A DNA stretch of 64,000 nt from Lophium mytilinum (Eukaryota), in contig MU004200.1 in NCBI GenBank assembly GCA_010093605.1, positions 186,001 through 250,000 of the forward strand, in the 5' to 3' direction. The notes beneath the pieces are model-generated. The model saw only the letters and a program-made list of their open reading frames with translations, did not search any database and was not told the DNA's origin. Shown in pieces: positions 49,520-64,000 of the stretch; the first letter of the stretch is position 1; every line of letters starts with the position of its first letter. The position numbers and the translations under genes were made by a program.

Positions 49520-51900
49520 ATGACTACAATGTTCTCTCCCACTGACGTGCAGGACCTACTTTGCCTGTTCCAACCGACAACAGTACTTGGTGGTAGTGAT
49601 CATGACGGTCGTATCTCTCCAATGTCGCTATTACCGTCTCGGTCTGGCAAGGGCTTCTTGGTTTTCACCAGGGTTGTACAAGAACTAGAACGGAGGCTCT
49701 CGAAAGGTTAGTAAAAGTGCATCCTATATCTCAGTCTACTTGTCATAATATTATGCCCCCTCGTTCACCACTCATCCGCGGTGCTTCAATATGGTCTCAA
49801 AAGCTGTCAAGTATCATTCCATCTGAGCTCTGGCTCCTAGGAGAAGCTCGCATACACAGCTGTCTTAGGTGGCCTAGCCAAGTGATCAGCGGGCTGTAGC
49901 GACGGAGAATAGTGTAGACCGAGATTTCGAAACTAAAGAGGCGCCCGTGAGAGCGGTGAGACTGTATATGAGTTCATGACGAGGCAAAGTCGATGACGCT
50001 AAAGCAAAAACTGATCCCTACAGACATCAAACGGATCGACGTCTCTACCATCTCCCAAGAGCTGGACGTTAGCGAGGCGATAGTGCTACGCACTCTGAAG
50101 GAATCGCCCTTCCAAGCTCTATTCTCTCAAGATAAGCGTTACATTCTCCCTGATCCCGACGTACGGAGGATGAAACAACAGCTACTCGACTCTACGAGCC
50201 GAGGACTCGTACCCAAGTCGGCTTTCTCCTTTGATAACGATCTCTCACCCGAAGCGACCGACGTATTAGTCACTGAAGCAGGCGGAGCTCTTCTGCAGCT
50301 AGAAGACCCTCAATCAGGAAGAGTACACCTGACAGCCGTCACGTATCAGGATTCCTTGGACAATGAGATCCGCATCGCGCTCCAAGCTAGTCAGAATGCA
50401 GCCAAGTATATACATAGACTCATACATGCTATGGCCTTAGTGCTAATATAGTGCAGATCCACAAGCCTACTTTCCGAGCACTTTGTTGGCGCCCCACCTT
50501 TATGGTATACATTCCAGAGAGCAAAGCATGTCTCCGGGCGAGATATAAATCTTCGAGGGAGAGTCGAGATGACGGAATCTGCCGTGTCCTACCAGCCAGA
50601 AACGTATCTCGTTAGTATGCGAGACTATACTCTCGAGCAACTTCGCACGGGCGCTATATCTCATTGTAATATGGAGCAGTTCGTCGAAACGCTACCTGAG
50701 TTATACAGTGATCTCTCCAGCATTCAAGTATACTTTCAGAAAGCTCTAGGCGACCGTGGATCTTTCGCTTCCAGATACGCAACCTCCCAGGCATGGCTGG
50801 AAGCAAACCGCAAGAGTGAAGTGCAAAGACTGGTTGCAGATGGCTACTCAAATGTGTCTGTACGTATATGTACTTTTGCTAGTGCCATTTCACCGCTAAC
50901 GAACGTCTAGTCATCGATAAAAGCGAATTTCCCCGAAGAAGTAGAAGCGGGGATACTACGAACAGAGACGGAGCAAATCGTCTCATCGATTGAAGGCCCA
51001 TCAACTGCTACTAAGGTGACCGCGGTCAGCCATTACCTATTCCGAGACGACTACCTGCAGGAGCTCACCGACTTCATCCTGGACGCCTCTCGGGAGCAAG
51101 CTAAGACCCAATGGGCGCGGCTTGAACAAATTCCTGAGCAGGATTGCTCACTGGTGAGATCGGAGATATTCAAGGAGTTCCCGAAGAACGAGAAGAACCA
51201 GGATCTCGTCATCGTACTAGGAGCGGTATTCGAGGAGAACGAAGGGCACGCTAAAGCAGCGTTCGCAGAGCAGATTGCAGACTTGGAAACGCAGAACGAG
51301 ACAGAGTTTGCGTTGTTCTGGTCGGACAGGGTCGTTGCCCGCCTTCACGTCTACAGGACGGGCGCGGATGCGATCGCGGATCCCAAGCTGAGAGGCCAAC
51401 TACTGGAACTGCTGCAAACCCATGCGGTCAAAGAGCTAATCCCAGAATCGCTTGCTCGCGCTCAGACGAAGGGCCTACTCCGGAGTAAAAAGACGAAGAA
51501 GAACGCATCAAAGTTCACCACGGCACTGAAATCCGCCTCAGACCTACCCACCATCTCCACCTCACTAGACAAGTTCGCGAAGAAACAAGGCATTGAGGCC
51601 CCGACACCAGAAGCACTGGCGGAAAAAAAGTCCAGCCAGCTGAAAGAGCTGATCCGCGGCTTGAAGAAAGATGGAGATGGGCCTCGTCTCTTCCTGACGC
51701 TCATGGTGTTGTTGCTAGCCAATCGACAGGCAGGCATCGTGTATGCAACGGGTAAGTTTGCGCCGAAGCTCATGAAGCTGCTGAAGGAGTCGATTGGCAG
51801 CGTGGAATACGAGCAGCTGGAGAAGTGGAAGGATGCGGTTAAGGCGGGCAGTTTGACAGCTGAAGATAAGGCGCAGATGAGGGCGCTGGCAGCAGAGTAA
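49520..51900 (+). CDS. Divergent UFL1 (E3 UFM1-protein ligase 1)-like protein
   Basis: Exons joined by introns 49707-50023, ~50406-50457 and ~50861-50910. N-terminal LLPSRSGKGFL...RIDVSTISQELDV and C-terminal PRLFLTLMVLLL...GIVYATGKFAPKLMKLL resemble UFL1 segments as recalled. Confidence 0.65.
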
Positions 51901-52029
51901 GGGGGAGTTGAGATTGAGTGTGCGCCGTAGGGCCGGTGGGGAGTGCTTCACGCTGGGCATGAAAAAGGTGGCACACTACCGTAGTTCAACACTGTCTGAG
52001 GTGGCCAGAAGAGCCATTAGGCTTGCCAA

Positions 52030-52360
52030 AGCTAGTATTCTATAAGTAGCAATAGTATACTAGAGGACCTCTAACAGTGCTAAATAAGTATAGAAGTAGT
52101 AGATATACCTTATTAAGTTCTAGACTGCCATTCCGTTCTACTACTTATCTTCTACGCTCTCTTATTGCTGTTCTACCTAGTAGGTATAGTAGGTATAGTA
52201 GGTATAGTAGGTATAGTAGGTATAGTAGGTATAGTAGGTATAGTAGGTATAGTAGGTGCTCCCGGTGTGCTGCTACTTAGAATGCCTTAATAAGTTTTTA
52301 GATAGCCTAAAGCTAAGAGATTTTATCTTGTTTATACTTTTAAAACTGCATTAAAGCACC
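52030..52360. repeat. AT/TpA-rich RIP-like relic containing a (TAGTAGGTA)n minisatellite, ~9 copies at 52178-52257
   Basis: Direct reading of the 9-bp tandem unit; flanks rich in TA/TAG. Confidence 0.85.
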
Positions 52361-52913
52361 ATAAACAGGGGTACACAACGCAGAATAGGTGCCACCTTTT
52401 TCATGCCTCGCGTGTGCCTTGAGCTCAAGTCGGTCCCGAGCATTCAGCAGCTCGGTAATGTACACTGCTCCAGACGGAATATGCGACGTCGGGTGTATTG
52501 ATGTTGTCCAAACTCATCCGGCGCTAGCGCGCAACCAGAAAAGCTCCATCACGTGCCAGCCATCCGATGACGATGCGGCTGAAACGATCTTTGCGGGGGG
52601 AAACGATGATGATTGCCTGTTCCTTGCAGCGCATCCTTGAAATTTTGCTCGTGACAGAGAAGTTCGCAATGACATGCGAACTACGTATTCATCTGTGCCT
52701 GACACTGGCTACGTCAGGCAAGCAAACAAGCGCCGAAATGACTTGGCATTCTATCTTCTTTGCTCCTTCTTCGATTTCACTCCAATTCTCTCGAACTCTG
52801 CACTAAATTCCAGCTTCCTCACTTCCAATTGATCCTCAATTTGAGCTCATACTCCATCAAAGTGCTCCGTCTCTCCCCGCCAACTCCCCCAAACACACCA
52901 ATCAACCACAACC

Positions 52914-54193
52914 ATGCTCGCCACAAGAACAGCAGCGCGCTCCGCCCGCGCCCTCTCCCGCCGCACGCCCCAAATCCGCTCAACCACCCAAAAGAAGTTC
53001 GAATCCACCGGCATTCCCAATCCCAATCACACCTCCAGCTCCGCCCCTGCCAGCTCCTCCAGCGGCGCCCTGGTCGGCGGTCTCGCCGGCGGTGCCCTTG
53101 TCTTCACTGGCGGGTATGCTTGGTACCACTTTTCTGGCGCCAAGACGCTTGTTTCAACCTCCAAATCCATCTCCTCGTCCCTCTCTGCCACAAAAAACAA
53201 GCTAAAGGAATCGGCCCCGGAACCCAATGAGGCGCTAGAGTGGCTGCGTTCGACAACGCAGAGCTATGCGGCGTTCATTCCGGGCGCGAAGGGGTATGTG
53301 GATACCGCATTTAATGATCTGGATAGCGTGAGGGCGAAGCATGGGGATGAGGTGGACAAGATTGTGAAGGAGGCGTATGGGGAGTTGAAGGAGGTCAGCG
53401 GGAAGGAGATGACGCTGCAGACGGCAGCCGAGGTATGTTCTCAATGTGCTTTCCATTCCTTTTGCACACTGATACTAATCATAAAAAGGCATGGGATATC
53501 ATCCAAAAACGCATCGCTCAAATCATGGAGCTTGCTGGTGATGCCGCCCAGGACATCTTGAACAACCACCCCGAGATCAAGTCGAAAGTCGGTGGTTCTG
53601 TCGATCAGCTAAAGCAGATGGGCGACCAGTATGGCCCAGAAGCCAAGAAGCAGGTCGATCAGACCTTCGACCAAATCAAGGATATCATGAGCAGCGGTCT
53701 CAGCGCCGATACGGCTACTAAGATCAAGAAGGTGGTCGAGGAGAAGATAGAGCTGGTGAAGAAGATGGGGGATGAGGCGTGGAAGAAGGGTCTCGAGCAA
53801 GCAAAGCCTTATCTTGACAAGAACCCGAAAGTCAAGGAGATGATTGAGCAGAACAAGGACTCGTTGATGCAAGGCAATATGGGCGAGCTCTGGGAGAAGG
53901 TCAAGAACGCGGTGAACTCGGGCAACACTGACGATCTGGAGAAATACGTAAAGAGCGCGGCTGGTAAGGCCAAGGACAGTGGAATGGGAGGACTCGATAA
54001 GTATCTCAACATGGTACCGGGCGCGGAGAAGATCGTGCCGCAGCTCAAGTCGCTCAGCGAGGTTGCGCAAAAACATGGGAAGGAGGCGGAGGATCTACTG
54101 AAGGAGACTGTGGATGAGATCTCGAAGGTCTTATCGAACAAGTCCGAGAAGGCGCAGGAGATTGCGAAGAAGGCCGAAAAGGAGGCGAAGTGA
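52914..54193 (+). CDS. Mitochondrially targeted apolipophorin-like helical protein with one TM segment
   Basis: Arg/Ser-rich presequence, GG..GG..V...GY.WYHFSG TM, amphipathic K/E-rich helices; intron 53433-53488. Confidence 0.75.
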
Positions 54194-54326
54194 GGGACTC
54201 AATGATCTCCTGTACATAGACACCTACCTGTAGCATTACCACTTTGGTCAAATCAAAAGTCGTCTCTCGATAGTCATATACATTTGCTCTTGCCTCTTTT
54301 CAAACATATAAATACATTCCCAAACG

Positions 54327-55260
54327 CTACGCCGGCGCACCCATCTCCCTTCTTTCCTTTTCCGCTTTCTCCGTCTTCCTCCTCTCCCTCTCCCCCCGCC
54401 GAATCTCCCTCAAATCCGGCGGTTTCTCAATCCCCAACCTCCCCCTCAACACCCCCACATCCGTCTCCAACTCCTCCTCCCAATACACATTAATCACATC
54501 CCCCGCCAGCCACCCATTCCTGACCGCCCACGGCCCATACACCCCCCAAAACCGCTCCCACTCCCTCCTCTTCAACGTCAACGCCGCAAACACACTCAAC
54601 CCCGTCATCGGCAGCCCCGTATTCGCAAACTCAAACGCCTTCAGCGCCACCTCGCCCTCGCGGAACACGGGCAAGCCCACCAGCGCGTGGTAGAAGTCGT
54701 GGCATTCGCGGTAGCGCTGCATCACGTACGCGCACTCCTCGTCGTCGATGTAGCGCACCGCCGCGCGCGTGTCGGGGGACACGCCCTCGCGGTCCAGCCA
54801 GTAGGCGTAGGCGAAGCCGAGGGTGTTGGGCGGCATGGCGCGCAGTTTGGGGATGTCGAGGGAGGTGGATGTGATGCGCGGGCGGGCGCGGAGGATGCGG
54901 CGGCCGGTCGGGGAGTGCAGCATGCGGTTGCGGAGGGCGGAGATGAAGAAGGGTTGCGCGGTGGCTTCGCCGAGGGCGGCGATGAGGTCTGTGTTTGTGG
55001 GTGAGCTGGTGTAGTAGGATAGGAGGAGAGTTTAGGGACTTACCCCCTCGGCGGGGGTCGCGGAATGAGAGGAGACCGGACCCAATGGCTAAGGCGGCGC
55101 GTTCGATCTTGGTGAGGGGGATGTGGCCGTCATAGTTTGGGGGTGGGCGGTTGAGAAGGGAGAAGTAGCGGGAGCTGGCTGGGAGAAGGAGGGATCGGGA
55201 TGTGATGGATGAGGATGAGGCAGCTATTCTGCTCAATGGAGGCCTTAAAGGGACGGCCAT
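54327..55260 (-). CDS. COQ4: Ubiquinone biosynthesis protein Coq4
   Basis: [62 protein letters not shown]. Confidence 0.96.
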
Positions 55261-55522
55261 TGTGGCGTTGAATTGGATGGATAGGACGAATGCTATGCCT
55301 TTGTAGACGAGACGAGAGTTGCGCGACTGTCATTCGATGGAGCTTGGACATAGCGGGTAGAAATCGATAAACTTCACTGCTTCTGCCTCAGGCACACAGG
55401 GCGTAAAAACACCATACATGGGTTCATCCCGAAGATGACTCAATCACATCCAGCCTTTCTCAAAATCCGTACTTCCAACCTTGTTCCTCCTTCAACTCCA
55501 TGAATCAAGCTTCAACGCAATC

Positions 55523-57039
55523 ATGGCTGCCGCTCTACCCCCCGGCGAAATCCACGACACCTTTGTAAAATGGGCCTCCTCCCAAGGCATTCTCATGGAT
55601 GGCGTCGCGCCCGCCAGATTTGTAGGACGCGGTATGGGTATAATAGCTGCGCGAGACCTTAAAGTCTGTATCCCGTTTCTTTCTCAGCCTTCTCCTCCAT
55701 AAACTGCTCCCAAACTAAATCTTCAAGAAAGGAGAAAGACTCGTCCTCGTGCCTGCCAAAACTCTGATATCTATCGACTCTGCCGCGGTGCGGAAGCACA
55801 AGTTCCCGAGTAATCTTTCCATTCATGCAACACTAGCTGCGTTTTTGGTAAGGGAGTATGAAGAGAAGCAGTCGGGGCATAGGCTGTGGCAGGAATGTTG
55901 GCCGAGCGAGGAAGACTTCAAGAGTATCATGCCCCTGAATTGGGGTGAGGAATTGCAGAAACTACTTCCTGAGCCCGCAAAAGGTTTGTGCTCTCTTTCG
56001 TCGACAAACTTCAACACCATATGTCTCCTCCTCTCTCATCTACAATCGAGTTTCCTAGCTCTCATCATTCTAAACCTCCACAGAACTCCTCTCCGCGCAA
56101 AAAGCCAAACTCGCCAAAGACTGGCGCGCTGCCCAACCCCTCCTCCCCTCCACCACGTTCAACTTCTTTACTTATGCGTGGCTCATCGTGAACACGCGTT
56201 GCTTCTACTGGGACTACCCGAACGTGCCCGCAGCTCGATTACCCAAAAAGCGGCAGAGTCTCACGGCAGATGACTGCTATGCCATGTGTCCATTCCTCGA
56301 CTACTTCAATCACGCGGACCAGGGATGCGAGCCAAAGTACGACACAAAAGGGTACACGGTGACTACTAACCGGGACTACAAAGCTGGAGAGGAAATCTAC
56401 GTCTCGTACGGCGCCCACACGAACGACTTCCTGCTCGTTGAATGTCCGTATTACCCATCATTACTCCCATTACTCCCATTACTCCCATTACTCCCATTAC
56501 TCCCCCCTACCACCCACTAACCCCCTTCTAGACGGTTTCATCCTCTCCACCAACGCCGCCGACACCACCACCCTCGACCACCTGCTCATCCCCCAGCTCT
56601 CGTCCTCCGCCACCTCAACCCTAAAAGAAGACGGGTTCTACGGGTACGCCATCCCGATTTCCACTTCTACTCACCCAAACCTATCCCATCCCGTCCTTCC
56701 ACTTCTCTCTCATACTCACTATAGGACATTAGTAACTACACCCTCTCCCCCACCGGCCCCTGCCACCGTACCCAAGCCGCCCTCCGCCTACTGCACCTCC
56801 CAACACGGCGGTATGTCGCGTTTGTGAGCGGCGCCGACGACGGCGCGGTGGATCAGGCGGTTATCGACACGCATCTGCGGAAGCTGTTGGAGGAGTATCA
56901 GAGGGTTGTTATGCAGGCCGAGGAAGAAGTTGATGCACTAGATGTAGGAGTAGAGGTAGAGCAGAAAGAGATGCTCGCGCGGCGGTGGAAGCAGGTGGGT
57001 GCGATAGTTCAGGGGGCTGGTAGGGGGCACGGAGTATGA
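55523..57039 (+). CDS. SET-domain lysine methyltransferase (Rkm2/SETD4-like)
   Basis: [47 protein letters not shown]; multi-exon. Confidence 0.9.
56459..56503. repeat. Intronic 9-bp tandem repeat (CATTACTCC) x5
   Basis: Direct reading; lies inside an intron of the SET gene. Confidence 0.85.
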
Positions 57040-57918
57040 GGGAGGGGGGTCCTGATCGAGATGCTGAGGCTTGGTGAGGGAGGAGGGCGCTGCTGAGGAC
57101 TGGTGATTCTAGACGTGATAGATACGCTCAATGGCATCACTGCCGCTATTCTAAGAACTCAAGAGCGACTAAGAGCATCATCTAAAGTGCCAAGGAGGTC
57201 TAAGTATATCAAAGCCTACTGTAAAGACTACTAAGGTATACAAACCATACCCTTAGACGGCCGAAGCTCCCCCAAAGCTACTCATCCCTCCCAGGGCTCG
57301 GGGTCACAAAAAGTGACCCTCCGATAGGGCGGTGCACGGAGCAACAGAGTCTCACGTTTTGTGTCCTCGAGCCTGCCTCCCCCGCCAATTTCTCCAAGTA
57401 TCGCCAACCCCCCCCCCCCCCCCATCCCAAAGCGGTAATAAACCTCATCACGCAATGCTAGGCGCATATAAGCCAACGTCCTTGCAGCACATCCGCCCTT
57501 AGTGGACCGCCCCGACCCCACGCTCTAGCGATGCGAGATCCCGCTGGATCCAAGATCCGCGGGGGATGGGGCGGGTGCGGGTGCGGATGGTGAGGTCTAA
57601 AACGTGGTAATCCAGGTCTTAAGAGTTCTGTCATGCCCTCGAAGAGACGCCACGGTAACTTTGCATTTAGGCGGCTAGTCATCGCATCAACTCGTTCCGT
57701 GAAACTAGTCTGTAGAGTAAAGCATGGTGTGGCGAAGGTAAAGAACGCGAGATGTTGGAGAGAACTGGGCCAAAAGTTTGTCTATAAAGTCTATCTTTCC
57801 AGACCGAAAGTGCAAGAGAACCCATCCGTGCAATTGCTTAGATCTAAAAGAATCGAAGCCCTCAAGCTAGGGCCACACCACATCTCCCATCATCCACTCC
57901 CCCTCAAACCCCATCCGC

Positions 57919-60011
<2,093 letters not shown>

Positions 60012-60835
60012 TATTCAGGAGACTTTGGGGGATCCGGGTGTAGGGGCGGTGAGAGGTGAGATTTAGGGAGAAGGTATGTTGTTTCGGGGCCTCAATGGCT
60101 TTGTATGAAAACCTCGAGAGAAACAATTCGCGTTCCTAGTCGATAGTGGCTTCAGGCGTTCGTCGGCGCGCACGTCATCCACTGGATCCTTGTTCGTTTC
60201 GAGAAGAACGCGTACAGGAGGCCGTTTGGAGTAGATTAGGGGCTTGTGGAAGGTAGATACGAAGGTGAAGGGGAATGTCAAGAAAGAGAGGAAGTCCACG
60301 AATATTTTATTCCACAGATCGGCGGATGACCGGAGTGGGATGTCATGGCCCAGCTTACCAAAGGCCCCATGGATTTGCCGTCAAGAAAGAAAAAAAAGTC
60401 CGGTCTCTGGTAGGCCCGCAAATGCGCGGCACTGATTGCGTGATCGAGGGCACGGGATCCGTTTGGGCAGCACGTTGCGGACGCGGATTCCGTCGAGGGG
60501 TGACACCCAGCACGAAATCGACGGAGGTCCGATATATGTAAGACGAAGCTCGCGAGTCCTTCAATCTCACTTTCATTCACCATCTCAGTTTCATGCCTTG
60601 ATTTATATTTTTTGTTTCATTTACAGGTCTTACTTGACTCTAGCTGCCTGCTTCGACTTTTTCCTATCCTTCTTTTCCAGGCCCCGTTTTTGGTAGTACT
60701 CAGAAAGAGAGATGCCGCTGTCCCCCACCTCCAATGATCATGGAGTCATGCAAAACGCTCAAAAGACAAAACGCCAATGCTAAGATGCTTGGACTGACAA
60801 AGCAATAGAGAGAACAACCCAATCGAATCACCCCT

Positions 60836-61800
60836 TCACGCCACAGATATCCCTTGCAAGCCCAGCGCCAACTCCTCTTCTTGGCGCTTGACCTCCTGCT
60901 GCCTCAAGAACTGGGCGTACTTGGACTTGGGATTGTGAATACCGCACTCCGTCTTGGCGCGACCCTTCCAGCGACCCGCTCGCTCGTCTTCGCCCTCCGC
61001 AATAGGCTGGGTAGAGTGCCAGTCGCCGATGCTCTTGTAGCCGCGGTCGAGCAGTTCGTTGTACGGCACGTTGTTCGCGTGGATGTACTCCTGTACCTGC
61101 TTGAAAGACCAGTTGGCGAGGGGGTTGATCTTGATAAGGCCCGCCTCGTCGACTTCGATGATGTCGAGGTCGCCGCGCTTGCCGCCTTGGCTGCGACGAC
61201 GGCCGGTCAGGACGGCCTTGACTTGGAGTTCGGAATAGGCGCGTTGAGCGGGCTCGACCTTCGCGACGTAGTCGTAGAGCTCTTCATTCTTCGTCCAGAG
61301 GGTCTGGCCGTGCTTGGAGGCGAACTCATCGGCGGTTTCGACACCCTCGGGCTTGTAGACGTGGACGGTGAAGCGGGGATAGTTCTTTCGAACGCGTTCG
61401 ACTAGGGAGAGCGTCTCGTCGAAATGGTGGAGAGTGTCGAGGAAGATAAGATCAACATTGGGCTTGATGGGGGTGGTGATTTTGGACAGCATGTCTAGGG
61501 CGACCAGACCCGTAAGACCAAAGGCCGTGGTCTGGTACAGACTTGGCAGGGACATGATGCACCATTGGAGAATAGCTATAGTAGGTCAGTATATACCCCG
61601 CACACGGTGGGGTGAGGCAATGGCAACATGCCTTCAGGCTCGGCCCTCTGCAGCTGCGAGTTGAGGAACTTAAGATGTTGCTTGCTGAAGGTAACTTCTG
61701 GCAACGAATCGTCTTCTGAAGCACCGCTAGCGTACCCCGACTCGACGTTCCTCGTCTTCACATCCTCCTCGTACGGCTCGTCGTAGACAGCGGACGTCAT
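60836..61800 (-). CDS. MET16: PAPS reductase
   Basis: QTTAFGLTG, FLDTLHHF, KVEP, TGRRRSQG..R, YN.LLD.GY.SIGD, ERAGRW, TECGIH; GC-AG intron 61576-61631. Confidence 0.97.
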
Positions 61801-63418
61801 GTTGGAGAAGAAGCAACGACAATAGTAGGGGTTGGCGAGGGCACGTGCTCGGACAGTAACCAGAAGCGTGCAGGTCTCAGTTCTTTTCTCGTAAGGCTCT
61901 GGATAGGGGCTTTTTCGTGGGATGCAGGTGTGTGTGGGCGCGAGGAGGAGAGTGTAGTGTAAGAAGGAGAGAGCCCTTTACAGTGGGCGTATATATTGAC
62001 GGCCGCCATCGGGGCTGTTTGAAATCATGAAGGCACCATATTTTCATCGAGCACGCAATTTTAGCGTGGTTCAGCCCCAGCTCGCCCGAACAAAGAAATG
62101 GTCCGCCTGCAGCCAATCAGGCCGCGTGATTACATCTGACTAAGGCAGCGCGTCCAAGGAATCTTCTGGTTCCTGAGCATCACTGACGTTTGCGTGCCTT
62201 GAGGCGCTGCTGGCTTGCGGGGTGCTCGGGGCTTTGAATGAGCCTCCTCGCTGACTCTCCCACGCTCACCAATCCACCTCTTCGATGCTTTTCGACACGA
62301 TGACGATATCATTTCTTTATTTGCCACCTGTTGTCCTGTCCTCTTGACGTTAGCTACCCCGTCGGCTACGGCTACGACCTACGCCCGGTACAGTCTGGCG
62401 GCTCATGGTGGGTTCGCTGTTCGCAGTATCGTTGGTTAGAAATGGCGTGCTCTCGCCAAGCTTCCAGGCTCTGCGGGACGTTGCGGAGACTTGGGCTGTA
62501 GCCCACCGACTGTAGCTGGCCTGCTCGGATATATGGATTAATTCTGGCGTGATTGTTCGATCAATGATAGCCGTGATGATTAGCCGGGCGCAGAGTGAGC
62601 TGGAATTGGCTGTCGAGATAGATTCAAGGTATAGTGATGTTGGTGATGGGTAAAGGAAATCTGGAGAACCTTGAAGGTGCCCCGCAACGGGCGACGACAA
62701 AGCCATTGTCACAAACACCTGGGTATGCTTCCACAACCATATGTAGTAATATCTGCGACTGCATATTAACTCACTTGTATTACTCAACAGCATGCTGCCA
62801 TAAAGCCCCGAGGTCCCTTGTGAAAGTCCACTTCCTCAGAATATGGTGACAGCATGACCCGAATACGGCCACTCCTCATGACCATGTATTCACTAGTCTG
62901 AACCACACGGAGCCCCCGGAAGCAGAATAGTTGAAAAGCTGAAGCTCTGGAGTGATTGGATCTGAGGGCGCCTCCATCATGACGAGATGCTTAGCTTCTA
63001 CTATGGTCAGGTATAGGATCATACTGTACCTAGAAGGAAACCTCAGCGCCTAATATTCTAAATCAGCTTTCGGCTCGTCGCTTTACAATCTTTCATTTTT
63101 AAGGCGCATTTAAGGTTCATAGCTATCGGTGTCTAGGTAATCAAGTCCGCTCGTTGTAATTCAGGCAATATGAGTTCGAAAGGGACGAAATGAACATAGC
63201 GCAGAGCGATCCCCTTTCCCAGCGCTTGGATTATGTGGGCTCTTTCTGAAACAAAAGTCCTTGGTTCTCTGCAAGTTGTGCTTTTGAGAGTGGAGTTGAT
63301 AAGCAGCTTGTAATGAGCCGACAGTAGTCGTTGCGGGAGAGTCAGATGCTGGGCGTTATACCTAGGTAGAGCACTCAATCTATGTATATATGTACAGAGG
63401 TACAAGTACATGAGCATT

Positions 63419-64000
63419 TTACAACTCTTCCTTCGCTTTCTCCTCACTCAACTTTACCTTCAACACTTGCTGATACTCCGACTGCTTGGCTCTCCGTTCC
63501 TTACTTCGTTCATAATCCTCGTTCGATTCCTTGAGTTCTAGATCCCAGTCTATTTCGTAGCCAGACGGATCCACCCAATCGAACGGTATGTTTTCTGTCA
63601 ACAGCGACCTAAACATGGGCTTCCATTTCTTATTGCCCACAAGTTTGGAGCTTGCAACATGGCGACCGCGCCCAATTTTCCCATCTGGGAAGACTTCATT
63701 CCAAGCGGTGGAAGCACCAGTGCTGGAACTGCTTACTGGAAACCAGGCCATGGGAGTTGGTGGATGAAGCTTTAGGTAAGACACTTTATGATCCCGGTTC
63801 CTGCGCCATTTTTGGTAGACTTTCGTGGCTTCGGTATTCTGCTCGGGAGTCAAATTGAGCTTGAAAATCGCATCGTCCTCTTGCAGCTGGCTCAATGCTC
63901 CTCCTTCCCCATCGGAAATTTGGCGTCCACGTAGTTTTGGCGGAATGAATGTCGTGTCGCTTTCATCCAACCAGCGGCCAGGCTTTTCGGGCAATATGGA
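63419..64000 (-). CDS. 3' part of hypothetical protein (runs off window)
   Basis: Open frame of >190 codons with protein-like composition, stop at 63419; no family recognised. Confidence 0.6.
   Translation of the reverse strand, partial: SILPEKPGRWLDESDTTFIPPKLRGRQISDGEGGALSQLQEDDAIFKLNLTPEQNTEATKVYQKWRRNRDHKVSYLKLHPPTPMAWFPVSSSSTGASTAWNEVFPDGKIGRGRHVASSKLVGNKKWKPMFRSLLTENIPFDWVDPSGYEIDWDLELKESNEDYERSKERRAKQSEYQQVLKVKLSEEKAKEEL

Noticed and set aside
52077..52280. ORF encoding (RYS)n repeats
   Set aside because: Translation artefact of the 9-bp minisatellite.

Overview
Gene-dense, intron-rich nuclear DNA from a filamentous ascomycete (Pezizomycotina). Evidence: ~50-nt introns with CTRAY branch sites, a HET-domain gene, a PTH11-like receptor and AT/TpA-rich RIP-like scars. 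About 29 protein-coding genes can be reconstructed by reading splice sites by eye. Most are housekeeping: CCT3, PDCD5, DCAF11, Sec61-gamma, Rbp35/CFIm68, Vma22, Shy1, CENP-T, Cms1, Arb2, Mrp2, Coq4, and adjacent MET3 and MET16. An accessory block at ~5.8-19.7 kb holds a secreted FAD oxidase, a HET gene, GH92 and GH28. The most notable observations are: (i) a divergent UFL1-like (UFM1 E3 ligase) gene in a lineage generally held to lack UFM1; (ii) two unannotated, strongly structured non-coding segments, a tRNA-headed Pol III-type unit at ~26.7-27.2 kb and a nested, switch-like fold at ~57.3-57.6 kb; (iii) a UGUA-rich long leader on the CFIm68 gene; (iv) four GC-AG first introns; (v) several single-base frame breaks that may be assembly errors. 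All homology calls are from motif recognition only; no searches were run.
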